Assembly: GCA_951406725.2 (NCBI GenBank) | Contig: OX597838.1 | Span: forward strand, 15,128,001 to 15,192,000 | Source of the DNA: Octopus vulgaris | Taxonomy: Eukaryota | Length of the DNA stretch: 64,000 bases | Reading direction: 5' to 3' | Part shown: positions 1 to 13,396 of the stretch, piece by piece | Numbering within the stretch: position 1 is the first letter of the stretch | Layout of the letters: each line of letters opens with the position of its first letter | Notes under the pieces: model-generated | What the model was told of the DNA's origin: nothing | The model's input: the letters and a program-made list of their open reading frames with translations, nothing else | Databases searched by the model: none | Translations under genes and position numbers: made by a program

Positions 1-12
1 ATATGTATATAT

Positions 13-46
<34 letters not shown>

Positions 47-56
47 ACATACATAT

Positions 57-206
57 GACGGGCTTCTTTCAGTTTCCGTCTACCAAATCCACTCCCAAGG
101 CTTTGGTCGGCCCGAGGCTATAGTAGAAGACACTTGCCCAAGTTGCCACGCAGTGGGACTGAACCCGGAACCATGTGGCTGGTAAGCAAGCTACTTACCA
201 CACAGC

Positions 207-207
<1 letters not shown>
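57..207 (-). mobile_element. tRNA-derived SINE family A, 5' head and body (partial)
   Basis: Reverse complement of GGCTGTGTGGTAAGTAGCTTGC...GGTTCAGTCCCACTGCGTGGC...GGCAAGTGTCTTC, with pol III A/B-box-like motifs. Matches many copies in the window. Confidence 0.85.
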
Positions 208-274
<67 letters not shown>

Positions 275-1315
275 TCGTCCCCGACGCTTGAGAACTGGCG
301 TTGGTTTGTTTATGTCACCGTAACATTAACGTTTCTCGGCAGAAGATATCGATACAACAAATATGAGACTTATGAAATCAACTTTGTACCTGTGTCGATT
401 TGGTCGGCGAAAATCTCCCAGGGTGGTACCTCATTATATAGGCACACGTCCAATAACTTAGATAGGCAAAAAATCAACGAAGACAAAACACAGAGATAAT
501 TTTCGGACCTGAACAGTCAGGCCTAAGTAACGTCTTAACATACTTTCCAGAGAACAACAGCGAGTCGTAAGTAACGCCATATTTTCTGAGACTTTCTTCA
601 ACATATTTTTTCAGAATACAACAGTTAGTCACAAATGATGTCAGGGCTTTGTTTTGTGTTTGGTTGTTGTTGTTGTTGTTGTTTTTTTTTTTAATCTTTA
701 TTCTATTTATTTATCTTTTACATTTTTCATCTGAAAAAGAAAAAAAAATCTCGTATCAAAAACTTGTTCAGAAAACTTATGAATATTTTGACGACTGTCA
801 TGCAGTATCTCCGCACCAAAATATTTTAGTGAATAAAACATTCGTTTCTCTCCCGATAAAAGCTGGCCTCAAATTGGAACAGTCTGTCGTTTTCTTCCTT
901 CTTTCATTTTTCTATCATTCTTTCTTTTTTTTTCTCACTCTTCATTCTTTTCCTTCCTTCCTTTTTTCTTTGCTTCGTTTTCTCCTCCATTTTTTACCTT
1001 TAATTCTTCCTCTTATTCTCGCTCTTTCGTCCTCTCTCTCGCTTTTCTTCCTCTCTCTCTCTCTTCCTCTTATTCTCGCTCTTTCGTCCTCTCTCTCGCT
1101 TTTCTTCCCCTCTCTCTCTCTTCCTCTCTCTCTCTCCAGTTTCTCTCTATTTCTTTTCTATCCATTCTTCTCCTTTTCTTGGTTCTTTTTCTCTTTTCTT
1201 TCCTTTTCTCCATTCTTTTTCTATTCTTTCCCTCTTTCATTCGTTTTTTTTCACATAAGTCTTGTGTGTCACTGTATATATGTGTGTGCGTGCATGTGAG
1301 TGCCTGTGTGTATAA

Positions 1316-1394
<79 letters not shown>

Positions 1395-1512
1395 CATGTA
1401 TATCTCACTCTGTTCTTTCCTTCCTTTTTTTTTTTTTCTTTTCCTTCAGTTCATTCATTCTCTCTTTCAACCTTTACACACATCCCAAATTTATTCACCC
1501 TTTTCCTTCTCC

Positions 1513-1543
<31 letters not shown>

Positions 1544-1879
1544 TCACACCCTTACATACAAACATACACACACACACATACACAAACACACACACCCACA
1601 CAAGTTCACTCATTCTCTATTTTTCATTTTCATTTTCTTTTTACCAATTTCTCTGCCGTCTCGCGATATTTTTGAAAAATTTCCTGATTATATAGCTCTT
1701 CAAATATTAATATTGGCATAGGTGTTCCATGAAATGGATGCAGATGTTTCGCAACAGAAGAATAGATAAGTACCAGCTCTGTTTTATTTTCCAAAATGAA
1801 ATACCGTAATCATATTTTCGCTGCCAAAACAATATCTCAAAACTCATTTTTACTCTGTGCGTAGCGTGTGTAGATGTGT

Positions 1880-2288
1880 TCATATATATATATACATATA
1901 CACACACACATATATGTATAAATATATATATTACATGTACATATATATAAATACATATGTATATATACATATATATACATATATGTAGATATTTACATAT
2001 ATATAAGTATACATGAAAATATATATATATATTTATATAAACATAGATATATATATATATATGCATGTATATATATATATGTACATATACATATATATAT
2101 ATACATATATATGTGTGTATATACATATATTTGTGTGTATATAAATATATATTATATACATATATAAGAATACATATGTGTATATATACATTGATGTGTA
2201 TGTATATATATATATATATGTGATAATAGGTGTCTCTGTATACATATAAGAATATATGTGTATATATGTATATGAATATGCATGTATA

Positions 2289-2335
<47 letters not shown>

Positions 2336-2689
2336 TATACATGACTATATATATACATACATATATGTAATATGCATGTATATATCTGTATATATAGGAA
2401 TATGCATGCATGTATCTATATATCTGTATATGCATGTATATATCTATATATATATATATGAATACGCATGTATATATATATAAATATATATATACACATA
2501 TACACATATATATATATATAGCAAAAATTTTCTTCTCTCATTAACATTTTATCAATCAGCAGTTATCTATCATCTAAACATGAATGCAATATATCTACGT
2601 ATGTAGATAGGTGCATATATAGATATTTATATGTATTCATGTATATATATATATATATATATAATATACACACATATATATGTACACAT

Positions 2690-2733
<44 letters not shown>

Positions 2734-2908
2734 TATATATGCATATATATGTATATTATATATATATATGTATTACATACATATATGCATATATATACAT
2801 TATATATATACATATATAGATACATATATATACATGTATATATATACCTATATATACACGTATATATACACATATGTATGTATACATATATAGACACAAG
2901 TATATACA

Positions 2909-2945
<37 letters not shown>
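1880..2945. repeat. Degenerate (TA)n/(TACA)n/(TATG)n microsatellite tract
   Basis: Low-complexity AT dinucleotide-derived sequence read directly. Confidence 0.9.
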
Positions 2946-2947
<2 letters not shown>

Positions 2948-3177
2948 AAGAGGCGATGGCTAGAAGAATATTGAGTTTTATTTGATAACCAGTTGATCTA
3001 GCAAGCGGGGCCTCATATCGGTGAGTGGGGATGTGCAATGATGCTGTAGAGAGGTAGGCTCCGAAACGGCGGGCATTCTCTCCTGATGATCCCATACACT
3101 TGCTGGCTTCCGGTATGCTGAGCTTTCGACTGGTAGTGCTTGCATGTACAGATTGTTTGCAAAACACACACACACAC

Positions 3178-3245
<68 letters not shown>

Positions 3246-3250
<5 letters not shown>

Positions 3251-3672
3251 TTGCAATGGTGTATAAGTGTCTATTCGTTACGGCCATTTCAAGCGATTCC
3301 TTTAATAGATCAGATCAATGTAAGCATTACATCATTACAAAAAAATACCTTTCTCATCAGATGACTGCATGGACCTAAGCATAAAGGACAAGTTAGACAT
3401 TTAAACATATTCATATCATCAATAGAGAGCAAATATTTACAATATTTACAAATCCTTCAAGCATTTTAGCTGCAGAATCATTGTAAATATTTGCTCTTTG
3501 TTGATGCTATGAATTTGTTTAAATATCTAACTTGTCCTGTATGCTTGAGGTTTATACGGACATCTGATGAGAACGGATTTCTTCGTAATGATGTAATGCT
3601 TTCATTAATCAATTGAAGGAGTTGCTCGAAACGGCTGTAAGGAATTGACATTTATACATCTTAGTTACTCAT
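3246..3672. mobile_element. Imperfect fold-back element (about 195-bp arms) with two decayed hammerhead-like motifs; Penelope-like remnant
   Basis: 3246-3443 is the diverged reverse complement of 3480-3672 (e.g. ggacaagttaga/tctaacttgtcc, tctcatcagatg/catctgatgaga). It abuts (TA)n. Confidence 0.65.
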
Positions 3673-3942
3673 TTATATTTTACTCACCTACACTGAAATC
3701 TGCACTTTGGAAGTATGTGGGAAAATATCTTTATATAAAGTAAATGTTAGAACAAACAGGAGCCGATTTATTCATTAAGTTGGGTCGTGACATCTACGGG
3801 TGGGAAAAATTCTATGTAGAGTTTGATACTCACCTAATATATCGTTTGAGTATGCAAACAAGTTCTTCCTAACAAGGTACCTCAATTGAAGTACCTGATA
3901 CAACTGAATCTAAATTACATTTATATATGTGTGCGTGTGTAT

Positions 3943-4017
<75 letters not shown>

Positions 4018-4348
4018 GAGAGACGTATTTCAACGTTCTTAAACTTTGTCAGGGAAGCGTAATTATGTAACAAAATACCGCAAGACAATTTGTTCCACGC
4101 TCCAACGTGTCTACAAATCTACCCCCACCCACACCCTGCTACCCTTTCAAGAACCGAAGAATAAGAAGAGTAATGTTATAAGCACTGCAGTGTACGAGCG
4201 CGACCAAATTATAGAAATGGCAGCAGCCGCAGAAATTCCCACGCAAATCTTCACAGTTGATGGAGAATTTTGACAGCGTTTAGGATTGTTTCGTTGTTCT
4301 GGAGATGAATCCCAATGCTTTTTTGATCTCTCTTTTACGTATATTCAG

Positions 4349-4421
<73 letters not shown>

Positions 4422-4606
4422 CGTGTATGTGTGTGTGTGCGTGCGTGTATATGTATGTACATATATGCACATGTATATAAGTATACACTCACACAAACAT
4501 ATATATATATGTAAATTATATATATACATACACACACATGCACACACCTATATGAATATGTGTGTATGTATATGCATGTGTGTATACATAAGTATATAGA
4601 TGCACA

Positions 4607-4650
<44 letters not shown>

Positions 4651-4679
4651 ATCTATATACACACACATTTAAATGTGGG

Positions 4680-4735
4680 TATCTATGTATGTACGTATGT
4701 ATATATGTATGTATCTATGGATGTATATATGTATG

Positions 4736-4768
<33 letters not shown>

Positions 4769-5053
4769 GTGTGTGTATGTATGTATGTATGTATGTATGT
4801 ATGTATGTATGTATGTATGTATGTATGTATGTATATGTATGTATGTATGTATGTGTGTATGTATGTATGTATGTATGTATGCATGTATGTATGTATGTAT
4901 GTATGTATGAATGTATGTATGAATGTATGTATGTATGAATGTATGTATGTATGTATGTATGTATGAATGTATGTATGTATGTATGTATGTATGCATGTAT
5001 GTATGTATGTATGTATGTATGTATGTATGTATGCATGTATGTATGTATGTATG
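4680..5053. repeat. (ATGT)n tetranucleotide microsatellite
   Basis: Direct reading. Confidence 0.95.
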
Positions 5054-5133
5054 TAGCTATCTATCTATGTTTAATGAGTCGGATGTCGGATATTTCATTG
5101 AGCTTCTTGGAATCTTGACACATGTACGAATTA

Positions 5134-5173
<40 letters not shown>

Positions 5174-5901
5174 CTATCTATTTTTCTCTCTCTCTCTCAT
5201 CGCCTCATATTTTCTCTGTAAGACTACAATCTTTCTCTAGGAAGCTTTTTTTTCTGCTTTTCATTTTTAATGTCAAGAAAGGAAGTTATATCCTGTTAAA
5301 GGTTCGTGTTACGGAACAATGGACAAAAAATGTGTTCGTTAATATTGAACTTGAAACGGTATTGAGTGTAGCTGCCATGAAGTTGGTTGATAACCAATTT
5401 AACAGAGGTAAATTGGCGTGAAATTGCGATTATTTTCACTTGTCATAAAATCTGGGAACAGATAATATATTGGCTCTTTGCTTTTGAATTAAAGTTTTGC
5501 TTCTCTTTTTCTCTGTCGTATTTCTGAGAATCCTTTTATTTTATTACGGCTTCAGAATTACTTTTATTACGGCTTCTGAACAGAAAAATGTCAAAAACTT
5601 GAGTGAAAGTATACCCTTTATTTTTTTGCCAAATATTCTAGGTTCTTTGGGATTTATTTTCAAATATTGGCATTTTGGGCAAGTGTCTTTTATTATAGCC
5701 CCGTCCGAGTGAATTTGGTAGACGGAAACTGTGTGGAAGCCTGTTGTATGTGAGTGTGTGTGAGAGAGGGGGAGAGGGGGAAATGAATTAGTTCCATTTT
5801 GTCAGTCTCTTGGTCATCATCAAATGAAACAATCATCAAATATATATTGACAGAAGAGAGAGAGTGTGTGTATGTGTGTGAGAGAGAGAGAGAGAGAGAA
5901 A

Positions 5902-5941
<40 letters not shown>

Positions 5942-5948
5942 AAGTGTA

Positions 5949-5991
<43 letters not shown>

Positions 5992-6014
5992 AAGTGTATG
6001 TGTGTGTGTGTGTG

Positions 6015-6295
6015 TTCCATTGCATGGCACCTTGGGCAAGTGTCTTCTACTGTAGCCTCGAGCCGACCAAAGCCTATATGTCTGTGTGTGTGTGTGTGTG
6101 TGTGCTTGTCCCCCTACCATCGCTTTGTGTGTTTATGTCCTCGTAACATAGCGGCTCGGCAAAATAGACTGATAAAATAAGTACCAAGCTTGAAAAATAA
6201 GTACTGGCGTTGATTTCTTCGACTAAAACCCGTTGAGGCAGTGCTCCAGTATGGCCGTAGTCAAATGACTGAAACATGTAAAAGAATAAAAAGAA
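6015..6295 (+). mobile_element. SINE family A, degenerate 3' portion
   Basis: ggcaccttgggcaagtgtcttc...ccagtatggccgtagtcaaatgactgaaac...aaaagaat tail. Confidence 0.75.
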
Positions 6296-6439
6296 TATGC
6301 AGTTTGGATCTCATTAGAGAACTGTTCTCTAATGGAATCCGAACTACATATCTATCGCTTGCTAGTCGATTAAAAGACGTGATGGTCACAGCTGGAACTG
6401 TTTGAACTATAGTTTAACGAAATCAGCCGAGAGTATATA

Positions 6440-6931
6440 TTTCTTTACTGCCCACAGGGGGCTAAACACAGAGGGAACGAACAAGGACAGACAAACGAAT
6501 TAAGTCGATTACATCGACCCCAGTGCGTAACTGGTCTTAAAGACTCCGCCGGTTACGACGACGAGGGTCCCAGCTGATACGATCAACGGAACAGCTTGCT
6601 CGTGAAATTAACGTGCAAATGGCTGAGCATTCCACAGACACGTGTACCCTTAACGTAGTTCTCGGGGATAATCAGCGTGACACAGAGAGTGACAAGGCTG
6701 ACCCTTTGAAATACAAGTACAACTCATTTTTGCCAGCTGAGTGGACTGGAGCAACGTAAAATAAAGTGTCTTGCTCAAGGACACAACGCGTCGCCGGGAA
6801 TCGAACTCACAACCTTACGATCATGAGCCGAATGCCCTAACCACTAAGCCACGCGCCCTCACGCGTAACTGGTACTTATTTAATCGACCCCGAAAGGATG
6901 AAAGGCAAAGTCGACCTCGGCGGAATTTGAA
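6440..6931 (-). mobile_element. SINE family B copy interrupted by a SINE D insertion
   Basis: 6440-6535 and 6863-6931 join into the reverse complement of family B (CCGAGGTCGACTTTGCCTTTCATCCTTTCGGGGTCGATTAAATAAGTACCAGTTACGC). Confidence 0.8.
6536..6862 (-). mobile_element. tRNA-derived SINE family D with CORE-like central domain
   Basis: Head GTGAGGGCGCGTGGCTTAGTGGTTAGGG...GAGTTCGATTCCC, then GTTGTGTCCTTGAGCAAGACACTTT...CCACTCAGCTGG. An 11-bp TSD gcgtaactggt lies at 6525-6535 and 6863-6873. Confidence 0.85.
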
Positions 6932-7530
6932 CGCAATTATCGAGCAGTGGGATCGAACCTAGAATGACGTGGTTGCGAAGCGAGCTTCTTAACTTCACGT
7001 CCATTAAATGCATCCCCTATTCACGTTCTGTGCTTCCACCAACAACTTGGTGTGCTTCTCTCACCCACCTCACCGCATTCGCTCTCACTCTCACTGACTC
7101 GTTTGCAACATCAGTCGACATGTCATCTCTTGTTTGACGAAGGCATCCACCATGACACTTCGTTCTCACGGCATAAAATTCATTCCCCTGCAAGTTTTTT
7201 TCGTGTGACACAAATATTGTTTCTCCACCACTTAACGAACACTGCCCAAATTTACGATAAGCTTATCAATATAACCACATGCAGTGAATAGCATGATAAA
7301 TATATTGATGAATAAAGTTTCATAGATCACGCAGCTGGATACCGAATTTATCGATGTTGTTTGGGCTTAGGTCAGCCCTTATCAAGGAGGCCAATGATCA
7401 AAGGTGCTCCAGCTGTGAACGTCTTGTCCTTCGTTTAGGCTTTCGTTTTTAACACCCCTAGGACTAGAGTTTGTCTACTAATTGGTTGGATATTCTCAGT
7501 TAATCAAGGCTTTTTAATTCACTATATAAC

Positions 7531-7599
7531 TATATATTAGGTTGTTAAGAAACCAAAATTAAAAATTCCGCAAGAACTTTCTTAACAACCTAATATATA
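7531..7599. mobile_element. Tiny mariner-type MITE
   Basis: 22-bp inverted repeats tatatattaggttgttaagaaa / tttcttaacaacctaatatata around a 25-bp core. TA-TTAGGTTG is a typical mariner terminus. Confidence 0.6.
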
Positions 7600-7611
7600 T
7601 ATGTATATATA

Positions 7612-8030
7612 TATATAATATTAATTAGAGACAAAACCACTATTTTGCAAATCAAACAAGGAAAGACTTAATCAATACATAAAAAAAATTTAATATAAAG
7701 TAAACAATTGTTTCCTGTCTTCAAATGACATTCATCAGGTGGATTTCATATCTTCTATTCAATTTTAAAGTTTCATAACTTTAAAATTGAATAGAAGATA
7801 TGAAATCCACCTGATGAATGTCATTTGAAGACAGGAAACAATTGTAGTGGCGATTTATTTACTTTATATTAAAATTTTTTTATATATTGATTAAGTCTTT
7901 CCTTGTTTGATTTGCAAAATAGTGGTTTTGTCTCTAATTAATATTATATAATATTTTACTATAAAATTGGATTCAATCCTAAATCTGATTTTTCCCTGTA
8001 AATTTGGATTTATTCCCTAATATTTATTAT

Positions 8031-8035
<5 letters not shown>
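7612..8035. mobile_element. Penelope-like fold-back element (inverted pLTR plus unpaired tail) inside a (TA)n array
   Basis: About 160-bp inverted arms around a 4-nt loop at 7773-7776, an unpaired extension at 7951-8035, and an HHR inside the arms. Confidence 0.75.
7807..7850 (+). ncRNA. Minimal type I hammerhead ribozyme
   Basis: CCAC-CTGATGA-aTGTC(atttgaa)GACAg-GAAA-CAATTG-TA-GTGG: helix I, intact core, helix II, palindromic helix III and a GUA cleavage triplet. Confidence 0.8.
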
Positions 8036-8088
<53 letters not shown>

Positions 8089-8119
8089 TCAAAATAAGCA
8101 ACAAGAATGACTCCGGTAA

Positions 8120-8207
8120 TTTGGTACAATTGTTTCGTACTACATCATTTTATTAAATGTTGTAAGTATTACAACAGATTTAAAATGCTGAGCACTCATC
8201 AGCCAAA
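8120..8207 (-). ncRNA. Minimal type I hammerhead ribozyme with extended helix II
   Basis: Minus strand TTTGG-CTGATGA-GTGCT...AGTAC-GAAA-CAATTG-TA-CCAAA. All core nucleotides are present. Confidence 0.85.
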
Positions 8208-8348
8208 TATAGAGGTTTTCCATTAATACAAAAGTTTTCAAATCAAGTGGCAACATTATAGAGTAGGTAGATATACAGACAAAGATGTAGATTTAAATTT
8301 TAAGAACATATGAGGTTGTGAAGTTCTTCCACTGACTAGCCATATATG

Positions 8349-8429
<81 letters not shown>

Positions 8430-8631
8430 GAGAGAGAGGTAGATATACATGCATACATAGTTATATATTTCTACACACACGCATACATATACACACAAAG
8501 GATATCCCGAATGTCACACCCAATTATTGTGATACAATAATCTGTAAGTTGAAAGAACTTTATCAATGCATTTACAAAGCAAACAGGTGACGCCCTCTCT
8601 TAAAACCAATACTTAGTTCTAGGACAGACTC

Positions 8632-8690
8632 TACATACATACATACATACATACATACATACATACATACACACATACACACATACGTAC

Positions 8691-8721
<31 letters not shown>

Positions 8722-9200
8722 CATGCATACACACATACATACATACATACATACACACATACATACATACATACATACATACATACACACACACATACAT
8801 ACATACATACATACATACATACATACATACATACATACATACATACATACATACATACATACATACATACATGCATACACACATGCATACATACATATAT
8901 ACATACATACATACATAGGTACGTACGTACATACATACATACATACATACATACATGCATACACACATACATACATGCATACATGCATACATACATGCAT
9001 ACACACATACATACATACATACATATATACATACATACTACGTACGTACATACACACATACATACATACACGCATACATACATACATACATACATACACA
9101 CATACATACATACACATACATACATACATACATACATACATACATACATACATACATACATACATACATACATACATACATACATGCATACATACAGACA

Positions 9201-9236
<36 letters not shown>

Positions 9237-9250
9237 CATACACGTATGTA
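8632..9250. repeat. (TACA)n microsatellite
   Basis: Direct reading. Confidence 0.95.
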
Positions 9251-9349
9251 TTATAAACATAGAGGTATGTATGTATTATACATACACATACAATAATCCA
9301 CCCATACAAATTCACGTATATAAGTGTGTGTGTGTGTGTGAGAGAGAGA

Positions 9350-9427
<78 letters not shown>

Positions 9428-9807
9428 AAGATGTTTTATTTTAGAATACATGTCGCGATTTTTTCTTCCTTTTTCTATGAAAACTGAACTCAATTAATTA
9501 TGAAATTTTTACCTGAAAACCAGTGGTGGCCTACAGCAAGATTTTGAACCTCCCAAAGAGGAGCAACAATCGGCTTTGCTCACTTTTACTGCTAGATGTT
9601 GAAGATAGGGATTTTTAATGCATTTTTTTTCCTCCCGCAAAGACTCACTGAACATCGACCCATCATCGGTGCAGACAGGTGTGGTCCCTGTTATTCCTAG
9701 TTGACTGGAAACACTGGTTTAGTTTCGCAGCTTATCAGAGGAGCTTGAGAGGACAGAGGTAACCTAGCCGTGCTCTGGTTGGATCTAACAAATGCTTATG
9801 AGTCCAT

Positions 9808-10215
<408 letters not shown>

Positions 10216-10457
10216 GGGTCAATATAATCGACTTACCACACAGCCACGCCCGCGTCTAAATATTTTCATTAAATTTCTTTAAATATTTGTTATCAAAACC
10301 TGATAAAGACACAAAAGAACAAAGGAAATTTTATTTTAAATCAAGATTTTTTTATAATACTTTTTAATTATTTTAGAAATTTGCATAATGGTGGCCGTTA
10401 AGTTATAGATGATTCCATGAAGAGGCCAGTGATACAAGTAATTTGCTAACCCCTGAT

Positions 10458-10770
10458 GTAAGATATATCACAAATGCATAAGATATATCACACAATATTA
10501 AAAGATATGTCACAAAGAGGCAAGATATTTCAGCATTGGCGGTCGCCCATGACATAGTTTGTTTTGAAAGATGGTTTTCTCTGTTTTTTAACTTCTTTAT
10601 CAATCTGTGCACAATGCTCTTGTCGATATCAGAATATTATAAGATATATCACAAAGATACAAGATATATCACAAACGTACAAGATTTATGACAAAGGTGC
10701 AAAATATATGACAAGCGCATAAGATATATCGGAATGTTATGACGTATCACAAAACGCTATGTCATATATG
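10458..10770. repeat. Degenerate minisatellite of about 20-22 bp (aagatatatcacaaa...)
   Basis: About 10 recurrences of aagatatatcaca variants in two blocks. Confidence 0.6.
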
Positions 10771-10875
10771 GTAAAAGGAGAAATGTTACAAATATAACAT
10801 TACAAAGGTGCAGTATAGTGTTGCTGTTATTGTTACTGCTCTTAAGCTATTATATCTATTGTCATTATTTCTCTT

Positions 10876-11295
10876 AAGGTGGAGAGCTGGCAGAAACGTT
10901 AGCACGCCGGGCGAAATGCTTTGCGGTATTTCGTCTGCTGTTACGTTGTGAGTTCAAATTCCGCCGAGGTCGACTTTGCCTTTCATCCTTTCGGGGTCGA
11001 TAAATTAAGTACCAGTTACGCACTGGGGTCGATGTAATCGACATAATTCCTTTGTCTGTCCTTGTTTGTCTCCTCTGTGTTTAGCCCCTTGTGAGTAATA
11101 AAGAAATAGGTATTTCGTCTGCCGTTACGTTGTGAGTTCAAATTCCGCCGAGGTCGACTTTGCCTTTCATCCTTTCGGCGTCGATAAATTAAGTACCAGT
11201 TACGCAGTGGAGTCGATGTAATCGACTTAATTCCTTTGTCTGTCCTTGTTTGTCCTCTCTATATTTAGCCCCTTGTGGGCAATAAAGAAATAAGA
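10876..11295 (+). mobile_element. SINE family B with tandemly duplicated body
   Basis: Head GAGCTGGCAGAAACGTTAGCACGCCGGG followed by two units of about 183 bp, each ending AATAAAGAAATA. Confidence 0.85.
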
Positions 11296-11627
11296 ATCGT
11301 TAACATGGACAAAAATGCTCAGTGACATTCCTGTCGGGTCTTCATGTTCTGGGTTCAAATCCCACCGTGATCGACTTTTCCTTTCATTTCTCGGAGATCG
11401 ATAAAATAAAGTACAGCGTGCCAAAATTTGAATCAATTTTTATTGTTGATGTTGTTGCTTTAGCTGCTGCTGCTGTTGCTTTTAATTGTCTTAGAGGAGT
11501 TTTTTTGGAGGGGAGGGGCAGAGTTGGAGTTTGTTGTTGTCAGTGCTGTTGCTGTCATCATTGTTATGTTTTTCTAATTATTGTTGTTTGCTGTATACAT
11601 TTGATTGTGTAAACAATATCATAGATG

Positions 11628-11669
<42 letters not shown>

Positions 11670-11671
<2 letters not shown>

Positions 11672-12795
11672 AGTCATATACACACACGTACACTTTGCAA
11701 ACACATGCTTACACATACTCACATACACACGTACTCATACACGCATACACGCATACACATGTACACGCACTTACACATATACATACACATGCGCGCATGC
11801 ATACAAACACCCATACACACATACATACGTACACATACACACATGCACACAGACATACACAGACATATACATTCACACATGCACACACACTCACGCACGC
11901 ACACGCACACACACAGAGTCATATACACACGTACACATGTACACGCACTTACACATATACATACACATGCGCGCATACATATAAACACCCATACACACAT
12001 ACATACGTACACATACACACATGCACACGTACATACACAGACATATACATTCACACATGCACACACACTCACGCACGCGCACACACACACACACACACAG
12101 AGTCATATACACACGTACACATGTACACGCACTTACACATATACATACACATGCGCGCATGCATACAAACACACATACACACATACATACGTACACATAC
12201 ACACATGCACACAGACATACACAGACATATACATTCACACATGCACACACACTCACGCACGCACACACACACACACACACAGAGTCATATACACACGTAC
12301 ACATGTACACGCACTTACACATACATACACATGCGCGCATGCATACAAACACACATACACACATACATACGTACACATACACACATGCACACAGACATAC
12401 ACAGACATATACATTCACACATGCACACACACTCACGCACGCACACACACACACACACACAGAGTCATATACACACGTACACATGTACACGCACTTACAC
12501 ATATACATACACATGCGCGCATGCATACAAACACACATACACACATACATACGTACACATACACACATGCACACGTACATACACAGACATATACATTCAC
12601 ACATGCACACACACTCACGCACGCGCACGCACACACACACACAGTCATATACACACGTACACATGTACACTCACTTACACATATACATACACATGCGCGC
12701 ATGCATATAAACACCCATACACACATACATACGTACACATACACACGTGCATACACAGACATATACATTCACACACACACTCACACACACACACA
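11670..12795. repeat. About 180-bp tandem satellite built from degenerate (CA)n
   Basis: The marker agtcatatacacacgtac recurs at about 11917, 12101, 12283, 12463 and 12643, with a degenerate copy near 11672. Confidence 0.85.
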
Positions 12796-13127
12796 TCATT
12801 AATCATAGAACAAACATCCTAAACTAATTAATTTCCACGTCACTACACAATAATGCCTAATAATCTTTATGACATCGTCTAATGGCTTTTCAAGCATCTA
12901 TTATGTTTAACCTTACAACGGCCCTTCAGTGACACAAGCCACGCCCTCTTTGCATTTGTCCCTCGGCGTTCTGCGTTCAAATAGTGACGGCATCGACTAT
13001 TTTGTTTCTTAATCTTTAATTAAACTAAAACATCAGTCGAGGCAGACTGGCTGCTTGGTAAAGAAATTCACCTTAATAATCACATCATTCTGTGTTCGAT
13101 TACACCGCGTGACATGTAGGAATAACC

Positions 13128-13360
13128 TATTTCTTTACTACCCACGAGGGGCTAAACACAGAGAGGACAAACAAGGACAGACAAACGGATTAAGTCGATT
13201 ACATCGACCCCAGTGCGTAACTGGTTCTTATTTAATCGACCCCGAAAGGATGAAAGGCAAAGTCGACCTCGGCGGAATTTGAACTCAGAACGTAACGGCA
13301 GACGAAATACGGCTATGCATTTTGCCCGGCGTGCTAACGATTCTGCCAGCTCGCCGCCTT
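13128..13360 (-). mobile_element. SINE family B, full length
   Basis: Reverse complement of the family B consensus from head to AAGAAATAG tail. Confidence 0.85.
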
Positions 13361-13396
13361 TCATGTAGGAATAACCGTACAGGAGACTGTCTAAAC

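Noticed and set aside
9715-9745. Hammerhead-like CTGATAA-gctgc-GAAA on the minus strand (similar weak hits at 17603 and 21750)
   Set aside because: Core mismatches, and no credible helix I or III or UH site.
11531-12822. 423-aa and 375-aa His/Thr-rich ORFs
   Set aside because: They are read-throughs of the CA-derived 180-bp satellite, open in several frames and on both strands.
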